This document shows, in pieces, positions 1-13,700 of a DNA stretch of 64,000 bases. The position numbers were made by a program, and so were the translations under genes. Within the stretch, counting starts at the first letter, position 1. Every line of letters starts with the position of its first letter. This stretch comes from Tubulanus polymorphus (Eukaryota > Animalia > Nemertea). The stretch is from NCBI RefSeq assembly GCF_964204645.1, contig NC_134026.1:5417950-5481949 (forward strand), given 5' to 3'. A model generated the notes under the pieces. That model had not been told where the DNA came from. It saw only the letters and a list, made by a program, of their open reading frames with translations, and searched no databases.

Positions 1-227
1 ACTACACCGCATTGTGGTGTACAAATGTTGTCAGTAATTAGTGATCAAAAGATGGCAAAACTTGTGAAATACACAGTTAGATAATAGTAACTAACGACAC
101 ACTCTGGTGCAGTGTAGATGCTTTAAAGCTGTATGCCTGTTATATAACAAATGGGGGGAATTTTTTATAATAATTAAATCATCTCCAGCACTTTCGGGTA
201 TTAATTAGTGAGCACTGAAAGGCTTAA
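1..227. mobile_element. piggyBac-like MITE, right part (family with TTAA-CCCTTTCAGTGC ends)
   Basis: Ends in ...GCACTGAAAGGCTTAA; homologous to 15503-15835 and, in reverse orientation, to 24676-24815. Confidence 0.55.
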
Positions 228-1220
228 GCTAATCTATTATTCTATACCGCTTTCAAATGATATGTGACTCAGGAAAACTGTTAAAACTAGTTTTATTTGA
301 AAATCTAAATTCACCCAAAAAAATGAAAACTTTGGATTTTTACAATCAATTTGCAGATTGCAGTCCCAGGCGTAGAAGAAAGATCTAAATTGAAAAATTT
401 AATCTGAGTGAATTCACTTGGAAATATAACCTGGGGAATGAACTTTCTAGTTATCAATACAATATTCACAGTGAGTTTAATCTTCAGAGAGCAGATCGGC
501 TGCCTTTGTCTTGGTCTCGATGTTGCTGCACTTTGTAAATTGGGAAATATTAAGGAAGACTGTAGACAAGCAGATTAACGCAATCTCCGGGGCGAGTTTT
601 TTTTTACACATTGAGTTTTATGCCATAGGGCTAAATCTCTATTCGATTAGATGATGAGTATTTTTTGCGAGTTTTTCCGGGTCCAGTTTCGATCGTTAGT
701 CGCAAGTAAAAAGAATCTAGAAATTTAAACTGAACTATTATATTACGGGATCAGTGGAAATGAATCCACAATGTAATCCAGATCACGGGTAGAGTATTTG
801 TTATACCCGATCATTGTATTGTCCCCTACGGATTTATTTTGAATTGATCAATTAATATCTCCGTAGTTTCTCTCCGGAAATAACTGTCAAATTTATCGAA
901 ATTTTCCCCGGAGGAACGGAAGTTAGGCTCAAGTTATAGCCTGTCTCAAGTTTTTAAAACTGTGGCGGCTATGGCTTCGATGTATCCGATATATCAGTCA
1001 TTCCGTCCATGTCGGTTGTTGAGAGTTTCCGTCAGTAATCTTATCGTCGTACATAATATTTCCGTGATGAATTACCCGAAGTTCACCGAGTTCTAATGCA
1101 CCTATGAGATTTCTCCAGATAAGTCTTAGCTTAGCTGAATTCGATTCCATTCATACCTATCGACCGAATTCAAACCATTGATGGAGACGCAAATTTTCTG
1201 TTTTGATATTTTATTAAAAA

Positions 1221-1584
1221 CTGGGTTCTTACGGGTTTTGGAAATGTTTGGAAAATAGGAATTTTTTTTTCCAGGCCCTGGAAAAACTATGGAAATTTTG
1301 TATTTTCTTTTCTCTATGGCTATTGAGAATCAGAAAATGGTCTAAAAATGAAATTTTCCCTGTATTTTGTATTTTAGACTATAAGATAAAATGGCTTAGT
1401 ACACATTTGATTACAAACTTCATGAAAACACTTTCTCAAATGGTATTGATTATTGTCACTTATTTACTTAGAATTTGCTTACACGTTGCCTGTTCTGGGT
1501 TGGCAATAGGGATATGGAAAATTAGAAAAGGTATAATCTGGGTGTGGAAAAGTTGAGGCAATTGAGAAACCTGTAAGAACCCAG
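1221..1584. mobile_element. MITE (hAT-like ends)
   Basis: Inverted termini CTGGGTTCTTACGGG / CCTGTAAGAACCCAG and internal GGAAA-rich subterminal repeats; no clean target-site duplication. Confidence 0.55.
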
Positions 1585-1763
1585 CAAAAACTCTTTTTTC
1601 TTGGATCTGATAAAATATCACTCATCATTAGCCAGAAATACTCGTTGCTGAAGTGACTTCATTTCTACACATAAAATATTTTTCCCGTCAAACAGTTCGG
1701 TTCCTCGAACAATCTCGACGCACTAATTCTATGAATTAACATCGTCTCGTTTATTTTTGCCAG

Positions 1764-4700
1764 CGTATGGGTTATTTGGCGGCGTCGCAGAGTTTTCACG
1801 AAGGCACCGACGTACTGATGTTGACAACTAACATGATTCGAAAGGTAACTATCTTATCGCCAGTCGTCGGCAAACGCGCGCGGCGGGTAGCGTCACACCC
1901 CCCCTGTTGTTTCGAAGATGACATCGATATAAAAACAAGCGGACGAAAAACAAGTTCGTTTACGTTCTGTGAAGCTACGTCGAGCTGTAATTTGATACGA
2001 GGCAAACACACTAGCCGCGGAAGGACATTTCGTCGTCGCAAATTGCTCTCCACCAATTGCCCGACACTTTCTTTCGACCGACCGACCGGGTTGTGAAATT
2101 CCGGCTCATCAAGCAGAGAACACTATTGCAATTTGATTGCGCGTCAAGCGACTGTAGCTCGTATTTCACTATCCATCATTTTATGGCCGGAGCTGATATA
2201 AACCATTTATCACCGCGTAGAGACCGAGGACTATCGGGGACTAGCGTCGGCCACCGCTGCGACGGCCACGGCGGCAGTCGTTTAAGTCCCTATGTCTTGG
2301 CTCTCCTCTGTAATGCGCTCGAAAGTGACCGCTAATTATGAAAAAATGGATGATTGATCGCGATTTATCATCGAGCACGCGGATACGCCGTAATGAGCCT
2401 TTCGTTCGTTAGATAAAACTGTGAGAAAAACATGGCTACCGGAGCAGTTTAATCGCATTAGCGTAAAGTCTGATCTAGATTGGTCCATGGAATTTTTGAA
2501 TGGACCGATTTAGACCGACCAAGAATACTGATCCAGGTCCATTCTAAATAGAACCTGTATGTTATAGAATGTACAGAATGGTTCATATCTTTGTATGTGA
2601 ATAGGAACTTAGCTTTAATTGCCTGTCAATGTGTTTTGTTTAGCTGGACCAGTGATAACAGCTGATTAAAAAATGTATTTGAACGCATAAGCCGCGATCA
2701 CACGGAGAAGATTTGGCCCGGGCCAAATTGGCACCGATCAGGCTCGGGCCAGATTTGGCCCGTGCCTTATTAGAAAGCGCATTCATACGCAAAGCATATT
2801 TGGCACGGGCCAAATTTGGCCGGGCCAAAAATGCTCGTGTGATCACGGCTATAGTCACTGATTTGGTCGGTTCTGGTCCAAATTAGAACGCGGTGTGAAA
2901 TTAGTGTCAAAGCGGCTATATTGTCCTTAATCAATTTTTGGTATGAAAGATTTGTCATACCCAGAACATCCTGATGATAGATTAGGGTTGGTGTCCCTCT
3001 TGTCTATTAAGGCTATTATAGGCCAGCAATATCATCAGGTTCAAATCACTGTCAAGTAGATTAACTTATGTGGATATGACATAACATATCTCTTATTGAA
3101 TCAGTGTTCTCCATTATGATGGAATGTTAGGCAAGCTGTCTTCATTCTTTAGCGTAACTTTGTGGCCGCTGATGAATCAAAGCCTTTGGTCTCCCCAATA
3201 TAGAAGATTAAGCTTTATTTTGGTGCAATCTGCTATTTTTCATATGAAATCATTACTTGTTTGAGAGGGGTGGATGTAAAAGTGAAAGGGGGTTTGCCAC
3301 CCTTTTGAAACCCCTGTCGAGAACACTGTTGAATATTTCTTTCAATTTTATTTGAATTCTTGCTTTTCAAAATTTCAGGATCTGAGCAGTCAGAATATGT
3401 TCGACGCTGGTGTAGCATTGACTGGATTGTCGTGTTTCATGACATGTGACCTCGCTCGCGATTTGGCCAATGATATCATGACATTGGTAAGTGTTCATTT
3501 CATAGATACATGCATACCCCAGGGCTGATTGTACTGGATTTGACATTACACCAGTTTCGTAATAGTATAACAAATAGATTGAGCCAAATAAAGAACGTTG
3601 AACGGCGATTTGTCAGACCTTCTTCATCTAAGACCACTTTTGAACTAAGTCACAACTGAGCCAAAGGCCAATCGTGATTTAAGTAAAATAATTGGCTTAC
3701 AGTCTCAGGCCAGTTTTTGAGCTCAGTCTGGTATACGAGCTTAGGGCAACGGGCTGCGAAAAAACATTGCAGTTTGTACTTTGACATTTATCGCAGTCAA
3801 AATTATGTTTTTGAGTGATTGTACGTGACAAGCCCTCCGGATGAAAAGCGTGTTTTCATTTAGCCCCGTGGTCGTGTAAACACAAAGTTGTAATCTGAAA
3901 AACCGAAAGGAACTGATAAGAAAACATTGTTTTAACAGTCCACGCACAAATATCGATTGCAGTTTATGATCGCAACGTCGTCACTGTAATGGCTTTAGGC
4001 GATAAAATTCAATAAATTGAGTAAAATTTGTGTGAGGTTTATTTACTTCGATTACACGCTAGATAGTAATGGAATTTTTATAAGAACACTAAATGATGAT
4101 AATGATGGTAATGTTTATTTTTGTATAGCTCGAAAAACTCGTGATGCTTTATGTGAAACAGAATAAACAATAAGATTATCATTTAAAACAATGCACCGAG
4201 CCATTACAATATCTTGTATATAATTCTTGAAAAAGTGAGGTTTTAGCCTCTTCTTAAAAACTGATAGGGACTCGATATCTCAAATAGTTTTTGGCGATGA
4301 ATTCCATAAGGCAGGACTCGCATAGCTAAAAGATTTAGAGCCAATATTCGTCCTGGTTTACAGAGGATTGACTAATCCAATCCTGAGCGTAGTTGACGGC
4401 GTGGAGGAATGTATGGAGTTATAGGTTCAGACAAATATTTAGGTGCTATATTTTAAGACATTAAGTCATATTAGTAATATCCTAAAATAATTACGTTCAT
4501 GAACTGGAAGCCGGTGAAGTTGTTTTAGAATTGAAGTTATATGTTCACGGCGCATTGTCCTAGTGACGAGTCTAGCAGCATTATTTGGTACTAACTGCAA
4601 TGTATTTAGTAATTTTTGTCGCAATATTGGCTTTGAGATGATTTTGCTCGTTTGGTGACTCGCGTAATTCGAGACCAGTATCGCGAATATTCGTCGGTTC

Positions 4701-7700
4701 GCATTTTGATGTAATTTCTCTTGACACGAATCTCATCTGCCGTATCTCGGTTGATATACTAGATTTACCGTGAAATGCGATTCGATATAAAAAATAAATT
4801 ATCGCGACGACGACAACGTCGATGGTCGGACAGTCGCAGCGCGCGGTGAAAGTGTAAGTGAATCATTCCATCTCGGCGTGAACCCTCGAGATGCATATCT
4901 TTACCGTGTCTATTGTCGCCGCACACTTTTACTAAACACCTCACGGAAATTACACATATTCGTGTAAAGGCTCGGTTAACCTTCTCATCTCTCCACCGAT
5001 TCGTCTGGAAGCCTATTGGTGACGAACGAGATAATTTTGTCATGATTTCAACTCGTTATTCGTCTTCTTATGTCAAAATTTGAGCGATTATCTCGAATTT
5101 TGATGTAATTAACTCGAACTTCGACGTAATGACTCGAGGAGTCGAAATCGTGAAAAAATTATCTCGTACGTCACCGACGGGCTTCCGTAGATTCATCTTA
5201 TCGATGACAAAGGAGTCGGAAAAGGTTGCGTTCTTGCCCATTCATCATTTGTTTTAAAATCGACAGAACTTTAATAAAACACGCGTCGCGCTGTTATTGA
5301 TTTTCTGACATCGAACGAAGTCAATCTCATCGGAGATTTCCCTCCAACATTATATATTAACTGTTTGTAATAATGTTCCGAATGAACTCCGATAGCGAGT
5401 AGATAAAGATGGCTGCCGTGGCAGCTTTACTAGTTTACACGGACAGTTGATGGGTCTTAAACTGCTTAATTAATGCACTTTATCTGTTTGTCTTTAATCT
5501 GGTAGTTCTTGGAGGTATGGAGCAATCAATGACAGGTCTTGTAATGGCTTAGACTTAACGCGGTTAATGGAAGGGTGATTGTGTTTGTATGCATACCACC
5601 GCAACCACCACCTTCGGCGAAATAAAGATAAAATCCCGTATGTTTTGCGCCTTGTTCAACTCTCGTCGTAAATACGCACGGGGCCCCAGTTGTGTCCAGT
5701 CCAATAGATTCATTAAAAGATGATCGATGTTAGATTCGTCGTAAAAAGACTAGCGGTTTGGTGACATGCGAAAGCGACGTTGTTTTCTCAGGAAACATTG
5801 TGATAATATATACCCTGTAACCGACGGTGCGTATTTGTCTTTCAGATGTCGTCGGTGAGGCCGTATTTACGAAAGAAATCTATTCTGATCATGTACAAGG
5901 TGTTCTTGAAGTTTCCCGAGGCTTTGCGTCCAGCATTTCCGCGGCTGAAAGACAAACTCGAAGACCCCGATCAAGGTAAACGGCTGCTGTCTCGTTCTAT
6001 TCGACGCGATCACATGGAGCCGATGTGGCCCGGATCAGGAGTGAAATTTGGCCCTTGCCTAATTAGAGAGCGCGTTCACATGTAAACCACTCACTGGATA
6101 CTTACGTATCAATGCTTAAACAAGGTGAAGTGAGTCACTTTCGGAACCAGTCGCAATTCACATGCAATAATTTGACCAGTGCTGACATTTTGCTCAGGCC
6201 TGGTCCGACTTTTTTGGTCGGGCCAAAACAGGCATGGGCCCATTTGGCAACTGTGTGAACAGTTGTTCCGGTCCTAATTTGGCACGGGCCCTCGTGTGGT
6301 CGCGGCTTGTCGGTGAAAAAAAAAACTTCTTATTCATACCCCAACTAATGATGCCATAATTTCATACTTCATCACCGGCTCATTACGCCTTCGCCTACAA
6401 ATGATCACCTTTCCGCGAGAGCCCGGGCGACGGTGTGATCGATTTTTCATGAAAAATCAATTCCTCATTTCTTCACGAGTCATTTTCCTTCTTATTTATT
6501 TGCGAAAAAAAAGAACCGAGTTATTAAAAGCATCCTTCGGTCGGTTGAGTCGTGTGAGATAAGTTATTACCGATAGCGAAAACACAGTAGTCCGGTAACC
6601 ACGTGTCACTGCGTATAGCAACCAGTGACAAGCAGCTGCCAAAAAACACTTAACTAAACGCGCTGTTGTTTCGCATCTTGATATGAAATATTCATAAGAT
6701 TCTCAGCTTTAGTTTTGTATACATGTCTATAGTTACTCTAATTCATTTGCTGGTGTTTTTTTTTGAAGGGTTTCCGTCTCATTTTGACGCTGATCGTTTT
6801 ACCAACTTTTTCACCGTTTATGTTCTAGGTGTCCAGTCAGCTGCCGTGAATGTGATATGCGAGCTCGCGCGCAAAAATCCGCAGAACTATTTGTCATTGG
6901 CGCCGGTATTCTTCAAACTGATGACCAGTTCATCGAACAACTGGGTTCTCATCAAAATCATCAAGCTGGTATGTATGGCTTTTGGCTTGGTGGCACTGAA
7001 GTTTTTTGTATGCCGAAGTTAAACTTTTTTTGCACCCAGCATATAATTGTCTTTTCAATTACATAAGTCCTTCGACCACTGTCTTAAGTCTTATTATTGA
7101 TTGTAAATCGGTTTAGAACTTTGTCCAGATTAAGAAAAAAAGACGGAAATATCTTAATTCTACTGATCTGGTTTGAAAGACAGATTGAGTTGTATTTCAA
7201 GTTGACATTGATAAGAAGTGTTACAAGCTTTAACCATTAATTCACTCAGTCAAAAAACAATTCATCAAGTTTACTTCATTGAAACCATGTTTTTAATTCA
7301 GGATTGATTACTGTTTGCAAAATCTTTCAGTCTCTCAAGTCATCAACATTTCACTCAATTGAATTTGTTAATTTGATTGTGTATTTCATATGTTTTTTCC
7401 TGTGATCAAACCGGCACTTTTGGCCCGGGCTTATGAGTGAATATCTTATGTCGATTAGCACTTAGAATGAAATGACTTTTTAAGTGTGTCTGGATGCAAT
7501 CTGCAAGTGTCTGATATTAGTGTTCCGATTTGCATTCAACAGCTTTGTTAACATTGCCCTTACCATTTTCCTTACCTCTTGCAGTCTCTGTGTCAATATT
7601 TGTTTTTCATTTCAGTTCGGAGCGCTGACTCCCTTAGAGCCGCGGTTAGGCAAGAAGCTTATCGAACCACTTACAAACCTTATACACAGGTAGAGTTTTA

Positions 7701-10700
7701 TTTTCATCCCATCTTTTCGCCGCCAGTAAGGTGGGGTAGATTTAGGCGTAACTTTTGAGGTTTGATTAAGGACCCTATTTCCGACTAAAGGAACTGAATA
7801 TTGCATGTTTTGAGTGGTGCTGAGTCAAATTTTTAGAAAAAATGAAAATTGAATACACCTGCGCATAGCTTCAGTCCAACCAACTTATCGAATCATCATT
7901 CTAACCTAACTGTATCCACTATTGAGATCAACCTCTAGTTGATTATAATCCAGACGCCTCAGACAACACGAGCTTGTGGCCGCACTTATTACACCAACCC
8001 CACAAAATACATGTTCCATGTAAATGTCAACTGTCACACCAGGATATAGGCAAAATGCTTAAAAAAGAATCGAAACTTTTAACCCTGCTTTTAATCTGTT
8101 AATATGGCTCTACAAAACAAAAAGCGCATGCGCTGCTGTGACCAGTGCATGTCGGGAATACGTTGTACTATCGAAATGTATATTTGATCGATCCCAACAT
8201 CAACTTTGATGAATTCAAATTACTTCTAACATATTATGGAAAAAACACTTATGCAATGAATGACGTAACTGTCCTCCCAACGAAGCTCAGTTAAGGAATT
8301 GCTGCTGGATAAATGAAGTCCCCTGACTGTCGTGTAGACAATCACTGAGCTTACAACAAAGTACTACAAATATTTACACGTCTCAAAACCATTCGTTGAA
8401 CGCGTTCATCGTCTCATCCGATACGACGCGCGCGCCGAAACTTGGCTTGAAATTTACTCCAGAGGCCTCAAGAGTTCGTCGGCGGTTGCTCTAGTGTTTC
8501 AGGAGGTAACTCCGCCGATCAAACAGTTCGCGCTGATGTTTCTAGAGACATTCAATCTCTATTAGTTGATATTGAACGGTAAATTGACTGTTAACTGATA
8601 TTTTAATGAGAAAACGCAATCGAGAGACTTTTATATCAGTCACGATTCTACCAGGCGCACGCCCTCATCGTTTATGTTTTCGTCGTTATCAACCTTGCGT
8701 ATAACTCGGTGGTTAATTGACGCAATGAAATTTGTTGAATCATGGACGTGTAAACTAGGTTTGAATAAAACGAAAAAATAACACTACTCCATCATCCCTG
8801 TGCTCTAAGGCAGATTGCGTCCAGCTATTGAAGCAAACCGTATTGAAAAACCAGCGAATTAACTGATTTGTCGGTGTTTCGCGACCGTGTACGGCTCAGC
8901 ACGGCAAATTATTGAACATCGTTTTACTCGGAAACTCGCCGTGTTTGATTTGCAAACCATGCTTCCGCTGAAGAAACTGTTTTCTCAATGCGCCTTGTAA
9001 ATCGTGAAATCCACACGGTCGGCTTATTTTGCAAGAATACCCGAGGACAAAAAACCGGTAGGAGGTGCCTGAGAAGCAAAATGTTCTACGTTTTTTTTTC
9101 GTATTTTTTCCTTAAATTCCCATGTTTGTGTTACCAAACCTAGAAATAATTGGACGGACTACAGCTTATTAGTGCGCGCTCAAAAACTATAATAACCAAC
9201 CCATTTATTTATCTCCCGACTTGTTGCAAATGATTGAAAGACGTCAGCCTTTCTTCAGCCAAAATCTTGTGTCATGCGTGTGCTACCGAGTTAGGCAAGG
9301 TTTACTGCAGTCGCTTGTGAATTATTACACGCGTAAATATACAATCTAATCAATCTTTCCACCAACGCATCATTTCTCATCAATGTCTTTTATGATTTTC
9401 TTGCAGTACATCGGCGATGTCTTTACTGTACGAATGTATAAACACAGTAATTGCAGGTTAGTGAGCCATCCGTTTAAATTTCCTACAGCCATTTCGCGCC
9501 ACGCCTTATACAACATCGTAAATGGCAATCATAAATGCGATGCCAACACTCCATTTCGAATTCGAATCCCTATTTTATTATTCGCGCAACTGAAATTCGT
9601 CGGTAAATGGCTTTAGAAGATTTAATACTTTCTTCCTATTATTTTACGAAATTTGTCGTCGTAGTCGTCGTGTTAAGATTCGTTCGTTTGCGTTTTTCGC
9701 GACGCGCGGTCGGGTGAAATTTTTCATAAGAACTTGTCGCGGTGATGCGAAGCGTGCGAACGTCGCTTCGCGTTGAATTGTCTCTCGTCGTCGTTTCGCG
9801 GCGAATAACCATTAGTTCGAATATACGCGTCCAATCCGGCATACTTCCTTCTTGTCACTGTATCTCGTTTGGTTTTCATTCGATGACAAATTGTCCGACG
9901 GCGGTTTCTTTATTGTTTGTTAAGTGCCGAGCACCGGTCGAATCGGTTCGAGGAGATGTGTAACATCTCGGCAAAGCGGATATTTTTCAAAGGCACCGGC
10001 GAGTATATTAATAATCAATAGAAATTCCAAGTATATTCAGCCATATGTATATAATATGATATATATATATATAAATATATATCTGGGAAGGAACAAATTT
10101 TCACAATATTGACCAAATATTGGCAGCAGAGTGTGCTGTGTTACCCCGGGGTATAGGCTTGCTCGCCTGGTTTCTAGCTCAGTCGCAAGGCGCTGTTGTT
10201 ACAATTCGATTCTACGCACGTCTATTAAGTCTTCATTTGATAAGTCGTCACGTGACCGAAGTCGTCTCTAATTTTGAGGCTCGAATTGTGTTTCGTATTT
10301 AATTTGAATAAGTCATTAACTTATTGACTTACACTCCCAACAGCTACGACTTAAGCTTGAATGTCATCTCATTTGTTTGAGTCTCACTTTGATTTGATAT
10401 TTTGAAGCGCATTCGATATTTTGACTGCAGGGGGAGGAAAGAAAAATAAGTCGTTACTGGCCGTGGCAAGTACTAATGCGCATGCGTATGGCTTTAATGG
10501 TTGTTGATTTATTGTAGGATTAGTTCCTACCTGTATAACATCCGCTATTCGCAGGAAGATAAGGATAAAATGTGATGCATCGTTTCTGCTGATATGCGCT
10601 CAGACGGTGTATAAAAATCATCATCTTACAGCGCGAATTATTTTCGCATATCGATGCCTTCATCGTTTTATGGAAAAAGAACGCGTGTATATTCAATTTG

Positions 10701-13700
10701 TATTGAACTCATAAATTCAATAGTTAAATTTAATTGTCTAAAATGAAAGTTTGCGGGGTGAAATTATGATGTGAAATGCGGTACAGTAGATTATTTGATA
10801 TAAGCAACAATTAGGCCCGTGCGTTCATATGTTAACCACTGACTCGATGCAAACTGAGTGAATCACTTGCAGAATCAGTTGCAATTCACAATAATTTGAC
10901 CCTTGCTAAAATTTGGCTCGGGCCTGGTCCGGCGTTTTTGATTGGACCAGATTTGTCATGGGCCCTTTCGGCACCTGGGCAAAAAGTTGTTCCTGGCATA
11001 ATTTGGCCAAAAATGCTTGTGTGATCGTGACTGCATTGACATGACAGTCATAAGGAATAGGGTTTACAGGAATAGATGTAATATAGTAATAAGTTTAGGA
11101 GTGGTATTTCTTCGATGGCACGTATACCAAAAATTCACCATGATTATCATGAAATTGAGATTGATTTAGCCGAACTGGGTGTGGTCTTTATGGATGAATT
11201 CATCTACTGGATTACAATGAAATGTTTGCGATTATTAGATTTGACTTATTCCACTATCACGCGAGTATTTTGGCCCGGAACAACTGTTCACACGCGTGCC
11301 AAATAAGCCTGTGCCTCCTGGCCAAATTTGGTCTGACCTGGTCTGAGCCAAATTTAGAATGGATGAAATAATTGCGTGTGAATTGAAACTGGTTCTGGAA
11401 GTGACTTAATGCAATGTTTAGTGGGTGATTTGCATGATGAACATGCCCACTTATTAGGCACTGGCCAAATTTGACTCGGGCCTGATCTGTGCCTATTTGA
11501 CCCGAGCCAAATCGTCTCCATGTGACCGCAGCTTATTTCTCAGCCACCAGCCTCAGGGTAGAAACCCTTTTGCGGAATAGCACCGGCGAATAGAATATGC
11601 TAGCATCGAAAAATTTGAATAGTTTTTGTATCAAATAGCGTAGGCTGTAAAAGCGGCGACAGACTGACCTGCCACTGAAGTGCTTACCAGTACTTTTCTA
11701 GTTTTGTCCACTTCTGCCCGTCTCTCGAGGCCTCTCTCTCGAAGACAAGAACTCTGGACAAACATTCGGGGATATAGATCTTATCTCCAATTAACCCCCA
11801 TCTTCCACTCCAAACACCCCCCTAGCACCCCCCCCCCCCAGAGCTCTACTCGTGTTCTAGAAGGAAGTATGCCTCAATTTATTTGTACAATATGCATAGT
11901 CTTATCTGTTGTTATCATTTTTTCCCCCTGACTTTCTTACAGTCTTTGTATATTACTAACACACGTTATATTGATCTTTTCTTTTGATATCGTGTGACTT
12001 TGAATTACACGCACAAATGCACTCTATGAATTATTATGCGTCCCGTAGTAAGATTAGTAGTTATCGTGTGTTTTCAATCATATCGTTTTGTTTGATGTTT
12101 ATCTCGTACGGGGGGGGGGGGGGGGGTTCCGAAAATAAAAATCGCCATTGCGACTACCGCGATTATATCTAATTCAGCTAAAATGATATTAATCCTCCCA
12201 AACATGGGATAGCAGAAATAATCGTTGTGCCGATGGTGATTTGTAATTTTGTTGGCCATCGGTCTCGTCAATCCAGGAGTTACGTAGTTGACATCGGTAA
12301 GAAAAAGAAACCCCTGAACCTAACGATGATGCCCTGAGCGGTCCTCGCTAGTTCGAGAAATATTACATTCAGTTATCTTCATGACTATGTATTGTGAATT
12401 AATTATCGTAATTTTATCATGAATATTATCGTTTTTACAATCGATATTTTTTACTACTTTATTATTCTTACACGTCTCTACTTTCTCTCTATTTTTTCTC
12501 TTTCTGGAAACAGGGCAGCATTAGTCATTCAAACATTGTATTTTCTTTCCTTTACACTTACAGTGCTTGTTTCTATATCTTCAGGCGTACCGAATCACTC
12601 CGCGTCAATTCAGGTATGGTATTATACGTCGAAACATTTCACATCATGTAATGATATTAACGATATGATAATCCTTATAACCTGTTTACCTACTTCGAAC
12701 GCCTTAAATCTTGTCTTCGTCCGTGCTTTCGAGCGACTTGCTGGTCTCTTTTCGAAAGTTTCCCCCCTCCAACTTTCCGCCAACCGCTTGATAAATGAAT
12801 ATCTGACACTCAGATATGCTATCAGACGTTTTATTGGACATTCTTTTCGATACGCCGCCTTCCATCTCGATATCGAGGACATTTTCGCCTTATGAAACGA
12901 ATTCCGTTACGGCGGGGGGACGAAGCGGGGGTCGGGAAATTGTCTGCGCGATGACAATTTTATGAACGCGTCGAAACATGTAGCAAATAGTAAGAGTAAT
13001 TTCCTGTTAAGCGTCCGTTGATGTGACGCGCGGCGATTGTCGGTCAGTTTTCGAGATAAATTGCCTATTAGCTGATAGGATGATCAATTTAAGACCAATA
13101 TTTGGTTCATTGGCCCTGGGAGTATTCGTTCCGTCAGATCGTAGATTGGTTCGCCTCAGACTTCCACGAAATGCATTGCCGTCTAGCATTGCGCGTTTTC
13201 AGTTCACACGAGTTCATCGGCGAAGTTTGTACATAAACACGTACGCTGCGTATAATATATTCATACATTCTACGTGCAATTAATATTTCTACTAATTAGA
13301 TATACTTCGTTAATTGTTTCCGGCGATGAATGAATCAAATTTACTGCGTGTTTATCATCGGTAAGTGCACGGAATTGATGGCACAGGAGTCCATTTTCCT
13401 ACCTTGCTGTTTGCTCTAACGCATTACCTTGTATATAACCCTACTTCGGAAAATGAATAACGGCAAAAAGTCTCCGTATGACATTGTTGATTACTACTGA
13501 TTACCACAGATCGTATGAACTCGAATAACAATTTTGTATTCAAATCAAAATGGCTAGCGATATGCTAATGTTGAAGGGGGTTTCAGAAGCCGGCGTCATT
13601 TCTGCTCGAAAGGCCTCTGCTGTTCCGAATTAGCCAAATTACATTGCCAGGTTGACTAGTTACTCGAAGACAAGCTATAAGGTGTAGTGCATTTATTGCT

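Noticed and set aside
7767-9114. Possible Kolobok-like element bounded by TTAAGG...CCTTAA
   Set aside because: The inverted termini match over only a few bases, so the boundaries cannot be supported without a repeat library.
10120-10204. Irregular hairpin as a possible intronic pre-miRNA
   Set aside because: It has large internal loops and matches no miRNA I recognise.
12480-12563. Second polypyrimidine tract and AG 50 nt upstream of the AP3D1 exon at 12564 (possible poison acceptor), and the 158-aa ORF 12419-12895
   Set aside because: Use of this acceptor gives an immediate stop and there is no transcript evidence; only 12564-12613 of the ORF is homologous to AP3D1.
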